Assembly (NCBI GenBank): GCA_041862375.1
Contig: JBGVTE010000141.1
Span: 6,465-70,464, forward strand
DNA length: 64,000 nucleotides
Direction: 5' to 3'
Origin: Candidatus Aminicenantaceae bacterium
Lineage (GTDB): Bacteria; Acidobacteriota; Aminicenantia; Aminicenantales; Aminicenantaceae
A model generated the notes under the pieces. The model ran no database searches. It was not told the origin of the DNA and worked only from the letters and a program-made list of their open reading frames with translations. Below are positions 57,030-64,000 of this stretch, in pieces (within the stretch, counting starts at the first letter, position 1; each line of letters begins with the position of its first letter). The position numbers and the translations under genes were made by a program.

Positions 57030-58160
57030 TTACTTTCTGGTGAGCTTTTCCAATTCAATGGCAGCATTTTGAGAGGCTTTTTTTTCCCCTAAGATTTTTT
57101 TTATTCTTAAGAAATTTGATATCATTTCTAATCTTTTTTCTTCAGAGGATAAAATTTCCTTTGCTTCTTGGAGAATGTTTTCTGGAGTAAAGTCCCTCTG
57201 AATTAATTCAGGTATGATTTTTTCCCCTGCGAGGATATTCACAATACTGTAATTTTTAATCCTGATGAATTTTACACCTGCATAGTAAGTGAGGGGAGAA
57301 AGGCGGTAGAAGGAAATTAATGGAGTTTCTAAAAGGGCAGATTCGAGATTAGCAGTTCCACAAGCTGAGAGGACGAGGTCACTCCAGGCAAGTGCGTTGT
57401 AGTTGTCCTCAATCAGAATTTTTAATTCATCAGGGCCTTGAGGAATAAAGCTTTGCACTACTCCTGCCTCAAGATTTTCAGCTAAAACGAGGACAAACTG
57501 AGTCTGGAATTCCCTTTTTATTTTATTAGCCGCCTTAATAAGCACTGGCATGTGGTACTTTAATTCACTTTTCCTGCTTCCTGGAAGTAAAGTGATGAGC
57601 TTTTTTTGAGAATCCAGCCCATATTTTCTAAAGAATTCTTGTCTGGTGAGATCAGTCTTGACCCATTCTTTTAGGGGATGTCCTACATAGGAGGCAGGAA
57701 TTCCCCAGGATTTATAGATTTTTTCTTCAAAGGGGAAAATAATTAACATCTTTTCTATGGTTTTTTTTATAGTTTTTAGTCTTCCCTTTCTCCATGCCCA
57801 AATAGTTGGACTTATGTAGTAAAGGACAGGAATAGACAGCTTTTTTAGTCTTTTCGCAAGTCGGAGATTAAAATCAGGGGAGTCTATGAGTACTGAAGCA
57901 GCAGGCTTTCGTTCTGCTATTTCTTTCTCCATCCGAGAAAAAATTGCTTTTATCCGGGGAAGATGGGAGATAATTTCAACTCCTCCAATGACAGCCAGTT
58001 CCTCCATTGGAAAGATTATATCTACTCCTTGAGATGCCATGTGTTTTCCCCCTATACCGAAGAAAGTAAAAGAGGAGTTTATTTTTTTAAACTGATGGAC
58101 AAGGCTTGCGCCGTATTTTTCCCCTGAATTTTCACCTGCAATTATAAGAATAGAATTCAT
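57030..58160 (-). CDS. lpxB: lipid-A-disaccharide synthase
   Basis: 'ILIIAGENSGEKYG' and the overall GT19 pattern. 376 aa. Confidence 0.88.
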   Translation of the reverse strand: MNSILIIAGENSGEKYGASLVHQFKKINSSFTFFGIGGKHMASQGVDIIFPMEELAVIGGVEIISHLPRIKAIFSRMEKEIAERKPAASVLIDSPDFNLRLAKRLKKLSIPVLYYISPTIWAWRKGRLKTIKKTIEKMLIIFPFEEKIYKSWGIPASYVGHPLKEWVKTDLTRQEFFRKYGLDSQKKLITLLPGSRKSELKYHMPVLIKAANKIKREFQTQFVLVLAENLEAGVVQSFIPQGPDELKILIEDNYNALAWSDLVLSACGTANLESALLETPLISFYRLSPLTYYAGVKFIRIKNYSIVNILAGEKIIPELIQRDFTPENILQEAKEILSSEEKRLEMISNFLRIKKILGEKKASQNAAIELEKLTRK

Positions 58161-58684
58161 CAGTCCTTTTCGGTTTTGCCATAGTAGACTATCTCAGGCA
58201 TCTTTTGAGGATCTTTGCCATAGAAAAAAAGCCATTTATCATAGGTTTCCTGGTCTTGATAAATTTTTATAGATTTTTTAGTGGATGAGCTCACAATGCC
58301 AATAATATTTGGACTGGCAATAGAAGAGAGAGCCTTAGGCGGAGCTACGAGAACTTTTTGAGCAGATTGTTCTTTTTTGATAGATAGTCCTTGAGAAAGT
58401 AGAATAAGATTCCATTCTCCATGCTCCATAATTGGATCTTTAAATAGTTTCCGAAGACATTTTTCTTCAACCAATTCATCAAGATTTTTAGGAAATTTTC
58501 CAGGGTGTCTTATTTGATAACGGCGGATAGCTTCGACATATTGCTTTCCCCTAAAAATCAGCTCTTCTTCTTTTTCCCGCTGGATTTGTGTTTGCCAAAT
58601 TGGAACTGCTACTAAAAGCCCGATACTCAGCACTGAGATTGCAATGAGTAAGATAATTATGGTGTATCCTTCTCGATAGAGCAT
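58160..58684 (-). CDS. pseudopilin-like protein with a degenerate prepilin leader
   Basis: 'EGYTIIILLIAISVLSIGLL' hydrophobic N-terminus without the +5 Glu. Last gene of a three-gene pseudopilin set. Confidence 0.5.
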   Translation of the reverse strand: MLYREGYTIIILLIAISVLSIGLLVAVPIWQTQIQREKEEELIFRGKQYVEAIRRYQIRHPGKFPKNLDELVEEKCLRKLFKDPIMEHGEWNLILLSQGLSIKKEQSAQKVLVAPPKALSSIASPNIIGIVSSSTKKSIKIYQDQETYDKWLFFYGKDPQKMPEIVYYGKTEKD

Positions 58685-58720
58685 TAGTTCTCAATAGGCA
58701 ATGTAAATAATTGGCTTGGA

Positions 58721-59125
58721 CTACCACGTATTATAGGATGTCCCATCTAAAGCCTTTTGATCAGAGCCAGAATGAACATCTGTGATCCCGGGCTGGAAGT
58801 CGGTCAAGAGCTCATCTTCAGTTGGAATTTCTTGACTTGCCACCCATGTTTCTGAAGATTTTGTCATAGGATCAACAGGGATAGCTCTGAGATAATTTTC
58901 GTCAACTAGAGTTTGAAGAGATTGGGGGTATTTTCCTTTATCAGCATAATACTGATTTATTAATTTTCTCATCTGGAAAAGGTCTTCTTTTAACACAGTC
59001 TCTCGAGCTTTTTTTGTAGCGTATTTGTACTGAGGAAGTCCCAGTCCAACGAGAATCCCGATTAGGGTAAAAACAATTAGTATTTCGATGAGGGTAAAAC
59101 CGTTTTTATTTTGCATCGGCCTCAT
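58721..59125 (-). CDS. type II secretion / type IV pilin-like pseudopilin (GspG-like)
   Basis: Prepilin motif 'NGFTLIEILIV'. C-terminus 'ALDGTSYNTW'. Confidence 0.75.
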   Translation of the reverse strand: MRPMQNKNGFTLIEILIVFTLIGILVGLGLPQYKYATKKARETVLKEDLFQMRKLINQYYADKGKYPQSLQTLVDENYLRAIPVDPMTKSSETWVASQEIPTEDELLTDFQPGITDVHSGSDQKALDGTSYNTW

Positions 59126-59139
59126 CTTGATATGATATT

Positions 59140-59619
59140 TTACCAGTCCTTATACTTGGTTCCATCAAGTGCAGTGCCTGAACTCTTGGTAAATACATCA
59201 TAGACATTTTCTCCACCCCAAATGTCTGAATCAGGATCATCCTGATATGACCTTAACCCCCAATCATAGGAATTTGTCATAGGATCTTTAGGAATACGTC
59301 TCAGAAACTTAACAGCTTTTTTTGAAGACTTTCCTGTTTGATCTGGGACCTGGACCCCATTGACTAAAGTCTCTAAATCCGGAGGAAAGCCTTCGGTATC
59401 TTCTTCTACTTGTATCTTTTTTTCGTCAGCCATTTTTTTATAAACATCGATAGCTTCCCTCATTAACCTCAAGTTTCTCCTCAATTCAATTTCTTTTTCT
59501 CTTTTGATTGCAATCTTAGTCAAAGGAAGGATGGCAGCAGCTAGGACAGCTAAAATGGTTATAGTGACCAGCATCTCTATGAGGGTGAAACCCTTTTTAT
59601 GGGAAGAGATGTGAACCAT
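59140..59619 (-). CDS. type II secretion / type IV pilin-like pseudopilin (GspG-like)
   Basis: Prepilin motif 'KGFTLIEMLVT'. C-terminus 'ALDGTKYKDW'. Confidence 0.75.
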   Translation of the reverse strand: MVHISSHKKGFTLIEMLVTITILAVLAAAILPLTKIAIKREKEIELRRNLRLMREAIDVYKKMADEKKIQVEEDTEGFPPDLETLVNGVQVPDQTGKSSKKAVKFLRRIPKDPMTNSYDWGLRSYQDDPDSDIWGGENVYDVFTKSSGTALDGTKYKDW

Positions 59620-59644
59620 CTTTAATTAACTATATGTAAACGGA

Positions 59645-61804
59645 TTATAGCTTTTTTCTGCTGTTTTGATTTGAATCAAAGTAAGATTTTTTCTGGCGCG
59701 GCCTATCGAAATCAGGGCGGCGATGATAATTTTTTTCCAACGCTTTTTTACTCAACTTAATTTTATTGTCCTCTCCAATATCAAGGACTTTTACTTGGAT
59801 TGTCTGCCCTAATTTAAGAATATCTCTGATGTTTTTTATTCGGTAATACGCAATTTCAGAAATGTGGAGGAGGCCAACGATATTAGGAAGAATTTCCACA
59901 AAGGCACCGTAATCCTCGAGTCTGACAATTTTACCCGTATACGTTTTTCCAACTTCAGCTTCTATTGTAATTTCTCTTATCATTTGTCTTGCTTTCTCTG
60001 CAGCTTCCATATCAGAGGCAGCAATGATTATTTTCCCGCTTTCTTCAATGTCTATCTTAGCATTTGTTTGGCTGAGAATCTTTTTTATGACTTTACCTCC
60101 AGGGCCGATGACTTCACTTACTTTTTCAGGATTTATGACCAAAATGATGATGCGCGGCGCATAGGGTGAGATTTCTTTTCGAGGCGATGGGAGGACTTCT
60201 TTCATTTTAGCCAGTACTTTAAGCCGAGCTTCTTTAGCTTTAATGAGCGCTTCTTGTAATATCTGAGTTGAGATAGAAGGAATCTTTAAGTCTAACTGGA
60301 TAGAAGTGATTCCCTTTTCTGTCCCTGTAACTTTTAAATCCATGTCCCCGAAGTGATCCTCAAGACCGGCAATATCGGTGAGGATTGCGTAGTGGTTATT
60401 TTCTATGACTAATCCGATTGCTATGCCGGCAATAATCATGGAGAGTGGAACTCCGGCATCCATGAGAGAGAGGACTCCACCACAGACAGTAGCCATAGAA
60501 GAAGAACCATTGGATTCCAGAATGTCAGAAACAATACGAATAGTATAAGGAAAACTTTCTTCATCAGGTATGGAAGGAAGGATAGCTTTTTCCGCTAAGG
60601 CTCCATGCCCAATCTCTCGTCTTCCTGGTCCTCTTAAAAAAGCGACTTCTCCGACACTGAAAGGAGGGAAATTATAATGAAGCATAAATCTTTTTTCGTC
60701 TTCTGCTCCCAATCCATCTAATCTTTGGACATCCTCAAAAGTCCCCAGAGTAACAGTAGCCAGACACTGAGTTTCTCCTCGAGTAAAAAGAGCAGACCCA
60801 TGAGTTCTGGATAGGAGGCCAGCTTCAACAGATACAGGTCTTATTTCGTCAAACTTCCTGCTATCTAATCTCTTTCCCTTCTTTAAAATGTGCTCTCTGA
60901 ACAGTTTTTTCTGGATATTATAGAAAATTTGCTTAGTCTCCCGTATTTCATCTTCGTTTTCTTCTGGAATAGGTTCGATCAATTCATCTAATATTCTTTT
61001 TGTTTCCCCTTCACTCGTTTTCTTAGTTTTGGCCTGAATGCCCTTTAAAAGGGCAGTGCTAACTTGTTTTTCAATTTTTTCTTGTTTTGCTTGATCTACT
61101 TCTCTTGCTTTAAATTCCCTTTTTTCAATATTTAGTTTTGAATAAAGGTCTTTCTGAAGTTGAATTATTTTACGGATGGACTCCTGAGCTACATTGATTG
61201 CTTCTATTATCTTTTCTTCTTCAATTTCAACTCCTCCGGCCTCTATCATCACAGTTCCCTCTTCTGTACCCGCAATTACCATGTTTAGTGGGCTAGTTTC
61301 GAGTTTACTAACTGTTGGATTAATCACAAATTCATTGTTGATCAGGCCAATTTTTACTGCTCCTATAGGTGTCGAAAAAGGGATGTCTGATAAGTAGAGC
61401 GCGGTAGAAGCTCCGATGATGCCTAAAGTATCTGGTTCGTTTTCTAGGTCAGCAGAAAGCAGAAGTGCTACTATCTGGGTGTCATAAAAATAGCCTTCGG
61501 GAAATAGAGATCTTATCGGCCTGTCTATAAGGCGGCTTACAAGAATTTCTCTTTCTGATGGCCTGCCTTCTCGTTTAAAAAAGCCTCCAGGGATTTTTCC
61601 TGCAGCATAAGTGTTCTCACGATAATCAACAATTAGAGGGAGAAAAGCCTTTTCTTCCTTTATCTCTTTCTTCGAAGTAGCGGAGACAAACATGATGGTA
61701 TCTCCATACCGGATTAGTGCTGCTCCATCAGCTTGTTTTCCAACTTTGCCGATTTCTAAAGACAGAGTACGATTATTTATTTCAAGACTTGCTCTGTGGA
61801 ACAT
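59645..61804 (-). CDS. pnp: polyribonucleotide nucleotidyltransferase
   Basis: Two PH domains ('EDHFGDMDLKVTGT'), KH and S1 domains ('GKIVRLEDYGAFVEI'). 719 aa, downstream of rpsO. Confidence 0.95.
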   Translation of the reverse strand: MFHRASLEINNRTLSLEIGKVGKQADGAALIRYGDTIMFVSATSKKEIKEEKAFLPLIVDYRENTYAAGKIPGGFFKREGRPSEREILVSRLIDRPIRSLFPEGYFYDTQIVALLLSADLENEPDTLGIIGASTALYLSDIPFSTPIGAVKIGLINNEFVINPTVSKLETSPLNMVIAGTEEGTVMIEAGGVEIEEEKIIEAINVAQESIRKIIQLQKDLYSKLNIEKREFKAREVDQAKQEKIEKQVSTALLKGIQAKTKKTSEGETKRILDELIEPIPEENEDEIRETKQIFYNIQKKLFREHILKKGKRLDSRKFDEIRPVSVEAGLLSRTHGSALFTRGETQCLATVTLGTFEDVQRLDGLGAEDEKRFMLHYNFPPFSVGEVAFLRGPGRREIGHGALAEKAILPSIPDEESFPYTIRIVSDILESNGSSSMATVCGGVLSLMDAGVPLSMIIAGIAIGLVIENNHYAILTDIAGLEDHFGDMDLKVTGTEKGITSIQLDLKIPSISTQILQEALIKAKEARLKVLAKMKEVLPSPRKEISPYAPRIIILVINPEKVSEVIGPGGKVIKKILSQTNAKIDIEESGKIIIAASDMEAAEKARQMIREITIEAEVGKTYTGKIVRLEDYGAFVEILPNIVGLLHISEIAYYRIKNIRDILKLGQTIQVKVLDIGEDNKIKLSKKALEKNYHRRPDFDRPRQKKSYFDSNQNSRKKL

Positions 61805-61825
61805 ATTGATCCTTGAAGTGAATTA

Positions 61826-62092
61826 TTATTTTCTAAGCTTGAGCTTTTTAATCAGGTTTTCATATCTTTTGACATCTTCTCTTTTTAAGTATTCCAGCAA
61901 TCTCTTTCTACGACCAACGAGTTTCATAAGACCGGTTCGAGAATGGAAGTCCTTTTTGTGCGTTTCGAAGTGCTTGGCGAGGTAGTTTATTTTATGAGTC
62001 ATGAGAGCTATCTGAACTTCTGGTGAACCGGTATCAGAAGCATTAAATTTGTACTCTTTAATAATTTCTAATTTTTCTTCTTTATCTAGCAC
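61826..62092 (-). CDS. rpsO: 30S ribosomal protein S15; GTG start
   Basis: '[13 protein letters not shown]' and '[23 protein letters not shown]'. AAAGGAGAA precedes GTG 62092. Confidence 0.93.
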   Translation of the reverse strand: MLDKEEKLEIIKEYKFNASDTGSPEVQIALMTHKINYLAKHFETHKKDFHSRTGLMKLVGRRKRLLEYLKREDVKRYENLIKKLKLRK

Positions 62093-62211
62093 AAGAAACT
62101 TCTCCTTTGAATTTGCTTTATAATACTATCAAAAAAATAGGATTATGTAAATCTGAAAATTGGATGTAAGCATCTTTTTTTCATGAGAGAGCTGAAGTGG
62201 TCAATAGCGAG

Positions 62212-62296
62212 GAGGTACGCGGCTTTAAGGCACGCTCGCATTGTCCCCAAATATATTAGGCGAGTGCATGTGGGTAAAAACTCCGCCGGGTACCTC
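62212..62296. other. GC-rich imperfect long hairpin in an AT-rich intergenic region (possible structured RNA)
   Basis: GAGGTAC-g-CGGC (62212-62223) pairs with GCCG-g-GTACCTC (62285-62296). An inner helix pairs GCA..CTCGC with GCGAG-TGC. Confidence 0.4.
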
Positions 62297-62482
62297 AAAG
62301 AGAGATTCTAGAAGGCTAAATCTTCAATGGCCGATTTATCCATCCCCAAATGCTCCTTATATTATATGAATAGCTTTATTTCATCAAGGATTTGGAAATG
62401 CCTCCATTGGAATTTAAGATCCTTTCGTAGCAGGATACATTTGACATGATTGGGGAAGAGTAGTTAATCTAATACTTCAAGA

Positions 62483-62980
62483 TTGAAAAGTAAGACATCT
62501 CTAATTCTACTCATTGCCAATTTAGTTCTGCTTTCTCTTGGTTGGATCATGGCCTTCTATGCATATCCACGTCTTCCTAAAGATATGCCTCTGTGGATTA
62601 ATTTTTTCAATCAGCAGACTGTATTTATGAAAAAGTCAATCTTGTTTTTTATTTACCCTTTGCTACAAACCTTTTTTTGTATCAGTTTTTGGTTGGTTTC
62701 AAGAATAATCTTCTCGATAGAGTGGCATTCAGTTCGTTCCAAATACCCTGTTTTTGAGAATAAGAATCTTTTTAAAAACTTGAGAAATGAATACATTTAT
62801 CTTACCATAATTTTTTTTAATTTAATTTTTATCCATCTCCAGAGAAGTATCATTCTTTTAGCCCACAATATCGAGAAGGGAGTAGATAGAGTCTATTTCT
62901 TTTCTCTATTCGGAATACTCCTGATTCTTATCCCTTATTTTCGTTTAAGAGTAAAATTACTTTCTAGAAAAATGATTTAA
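62483..62980 (+). CDS. four-TM membrane protein, DUF1648/SdpI-like N-terminus (tentative); TTG start
   Basis: Four hydrophobic segments. 'YPRLPKDMPLWINFFNQ' follows TM1. Confidence 0.5.
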   Translation: MKSKTSLILLIANLVLLSLGWIMAFYAYPRLPKDMPLWINFFNQQTVFMKKSILFFIYPLLQTFFCISFWLVSRIIFSIEWHSVRSKYPVFENKNLFKNLRNEYIYLTIIFFNLIFIHLQRSIILLAHNIEKGVDRVYFFSLFGILLILIPYFRLRVKLLSRKMI

Positions 62981-63012
62981 ACGTAGCTTAAAGATTGAGT
63001 CTTTTGTGCTTT

Positions 63013-63444
63013 TTATTTCTTAAGTGCTTCCAGAATCTCTTTTCTTTTTAACAAATGCTGGGCATACTTTGAATCAAAACCGCCCATTTTTTCTCTAACT
63101 TCCTTGAGTTTTTCTTCAATCTCAGCTAAATCCATCTTGTTTATCTTCTTTTTTTTAAGGGGAGAAGGGGGTGGGGGACTGGGAGGTTTTTCTTCTTTCG
63201 GAGGAGCTTCCGCTTCTTCAACGCGCTTCTCTTCCTCAGGTTTCTTTTCCTTCTCTTCTTCTTCCTTTGCCTTAGCCTCTTCCTTCGCTTTTTTTGAGTC
63301 TTTTTCTTCTTCTGGGATCGCTTCCTCTTTCTCCTTGATTTCTTTCTTATCTTCTTTTTTTTCCTTCGTCTTTTTTACTTGCTTCTCTTTCTTCTCTTTT
63401 TTGTCCTCTTTTACTCCGTTTTTTTCTTCTTTTTCTTCAGCCAT
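63013..63444 (-). CDS. Lys/Glu-rich low-complexity protein with a poly-Pro tract and a structured C-terminal region
   Basis: 'KKEKKEKQVKKTKEKKEDKKE', 'PPSPPPPSP', then 'MDLAEIEEKLKEVREKMGGFDSKYAQHLLKRKEILEALKK'. Confidence 0.5.
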   Translation of the reverse strand: MAEEKEEKNGVKEDKKEKKEKQVKKTKEKKEDKKEIKEKEEAIPEEEKDSKKAKEEAKAKEEEEKEKKPEEEKRVEEAEAPPKEEKPPSPPPPSPLKKKKINKMDLAEIEEKLKEVREKMGGFDSKYAQHLLKRKEILEALKK

Positions 63445-63690
63445 TTCTTTGTCCTTTCAATTTCTAAGTCTGACTAGTAGTATTTTTAGTTAAATAAATA
63501 TGGTTTAATTAGATTATCAAAGTTTATCTCATTAAAGCAATTGTTTTTCTTTATATTTACTGTTTTATAAAATTAGAAAATGATTATAGAAAGAGAAATA
63601 CTGACTAATATCCTGTGATACTATAGTAAAAATTTGATTAGCCAAGAGCTTGCATTACAACAGTGAATTTAGTTAGTATATCGAAAGTAA

Positions 63691-64000
63691 ATGTACTGCT
63701 TTTATTCCTTTCTCCTTTCTTGTGCACTGGTTTTTCTTATACCGTTTTATTTTTTCAAAAGAACTTTATTGAGGGGAGAAGGATTGTACCTCAAGAAAAG
63801 ATTGGGTTATGACTTGCCAGAGGAAAGGAATCAAAAACAGTCAATATGGATTCATGCTGTCTCTGTGGGGGAAGTCCTGTCACTTCAGAACTTAATTCAA
63901 GAACTTAAAGTGAGGCATCCTTCTTGGACAATAAATTTTTCCTCTCTCACTAACACTGGCTTTCGAATGGCCCAAAAAAAACTTCGAGAAGTAGATAATA
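63691..64000 (+). CDS. waaA: 3-deoxy-D-manno-octulosonic acid transferase, N-terminal part; runs off the window end and is absent from the ORF track
   Basis: Hand translation from ATG 63691 gives 'MYCFYSFLLSCALVFLIPFYFFKRTLLRGEGLYLKKRLGYDLPEERNQKQSIWIHAVSVGEVLSLQNLI', with the KdtA 'WIHAVSVGE' signature. Confidence 0.85.
   Translation, partial: MYCFYSFLLSCALVFLIPFYFFKRTLLRGEGLYLKKRLGYDLPEERNQKQSIWIHAVSVGEVLSLQNLIQELKVRHPSWTINFSSLTNTGFRMAQKKLREVDN

Noticed and set aside
63104-63493. 129-aa Ser/Phe/Gly-rich ORF on the plus strand
   Set aside because: It is a mirror-frame shadow of the Lys/Glu-rich minus-strand gene, with purine-rich codons read in reverse. It is low complexity throughout and has no normal-complexity domain.
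1-64000. tRNA, rRNA, CRISPR arrays, IS/transposase or integrase genes, and defence-island signatures
   Set aside because: I scanned the intergenic regions for T-loop motifs (GGTTCGAATCC-like), regularly spaced repeats, and nuclease, ATPase or transposase-like ORFs. None were found. This by-eye scan cannot exclude short or divergent elements.

Overview
AT-rich, very gene-dense chromosomal segment with about 63 protein-coding genes. I found no rRNA, tRNA, CRISPR array, IS element or prophage. The host looks like a diderm bacterium (lpxB, waaA, lnt, an outer-membrane beta-barrel protein, pseudopilins) and probably an anaerobe; lineage cannot be assigned from sequence alone. Most of the window is housekeeping: gcvPB, glyQS, pyrR-pyrB-pyrC, rnc, ribF, mazG, prfB, lnt, coaE, proS, pcm, a fused Hcy-methyltransferase/MTHFR, lpxB, pnp, rpsO and waaA. 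The main candidate system is a 13-gene, translationally coupled minus-strand operon at 8734-20676. Its order is hdrC-hdrB-korDABC-hdrA-mvhD/flxD-flxC-flxB-flxA, followed by a soluble FrdB/FrdA-like pair. It reads as a candidate flavin-based electron-bifurcating module linking 2-oxoacid/ferredoxin, NAD(P)H, a CCG-domain thiol/disulfide site and fumarate. A perfect 19-nt palindrome sits in its promoter region. Directly upstream is a second unusual cluster: DUF362, a Tat-signal AmmeMemoRadiSam-type radical SAM enzyme, and a polytopic SpeE-like protein with altered catalytic motifs. The window is also rich in c-di-GMP and two-component genes: HEAT plus HD-GYP, a REC-GGDEF/CheR/hybrid kinase/Hpt operon, and a pseudo-receiver LuxR regulator with two PilZ-like paralogs. 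Several non-coding oddities are reported. These are a 22-nt exact match between an intergenic region and the FrdA-like CDS, a duplicated 46-nt intergenic element, a roughly 50-nt element shared by two distant divergent promoter regions, and a GC-rich hairpin island. Two annotation-relevant recoding or start problems were found: the prfB +1 frameshift and a glyS non-ATG start. All functional calls come from motif recognition by eye; no database search was run.
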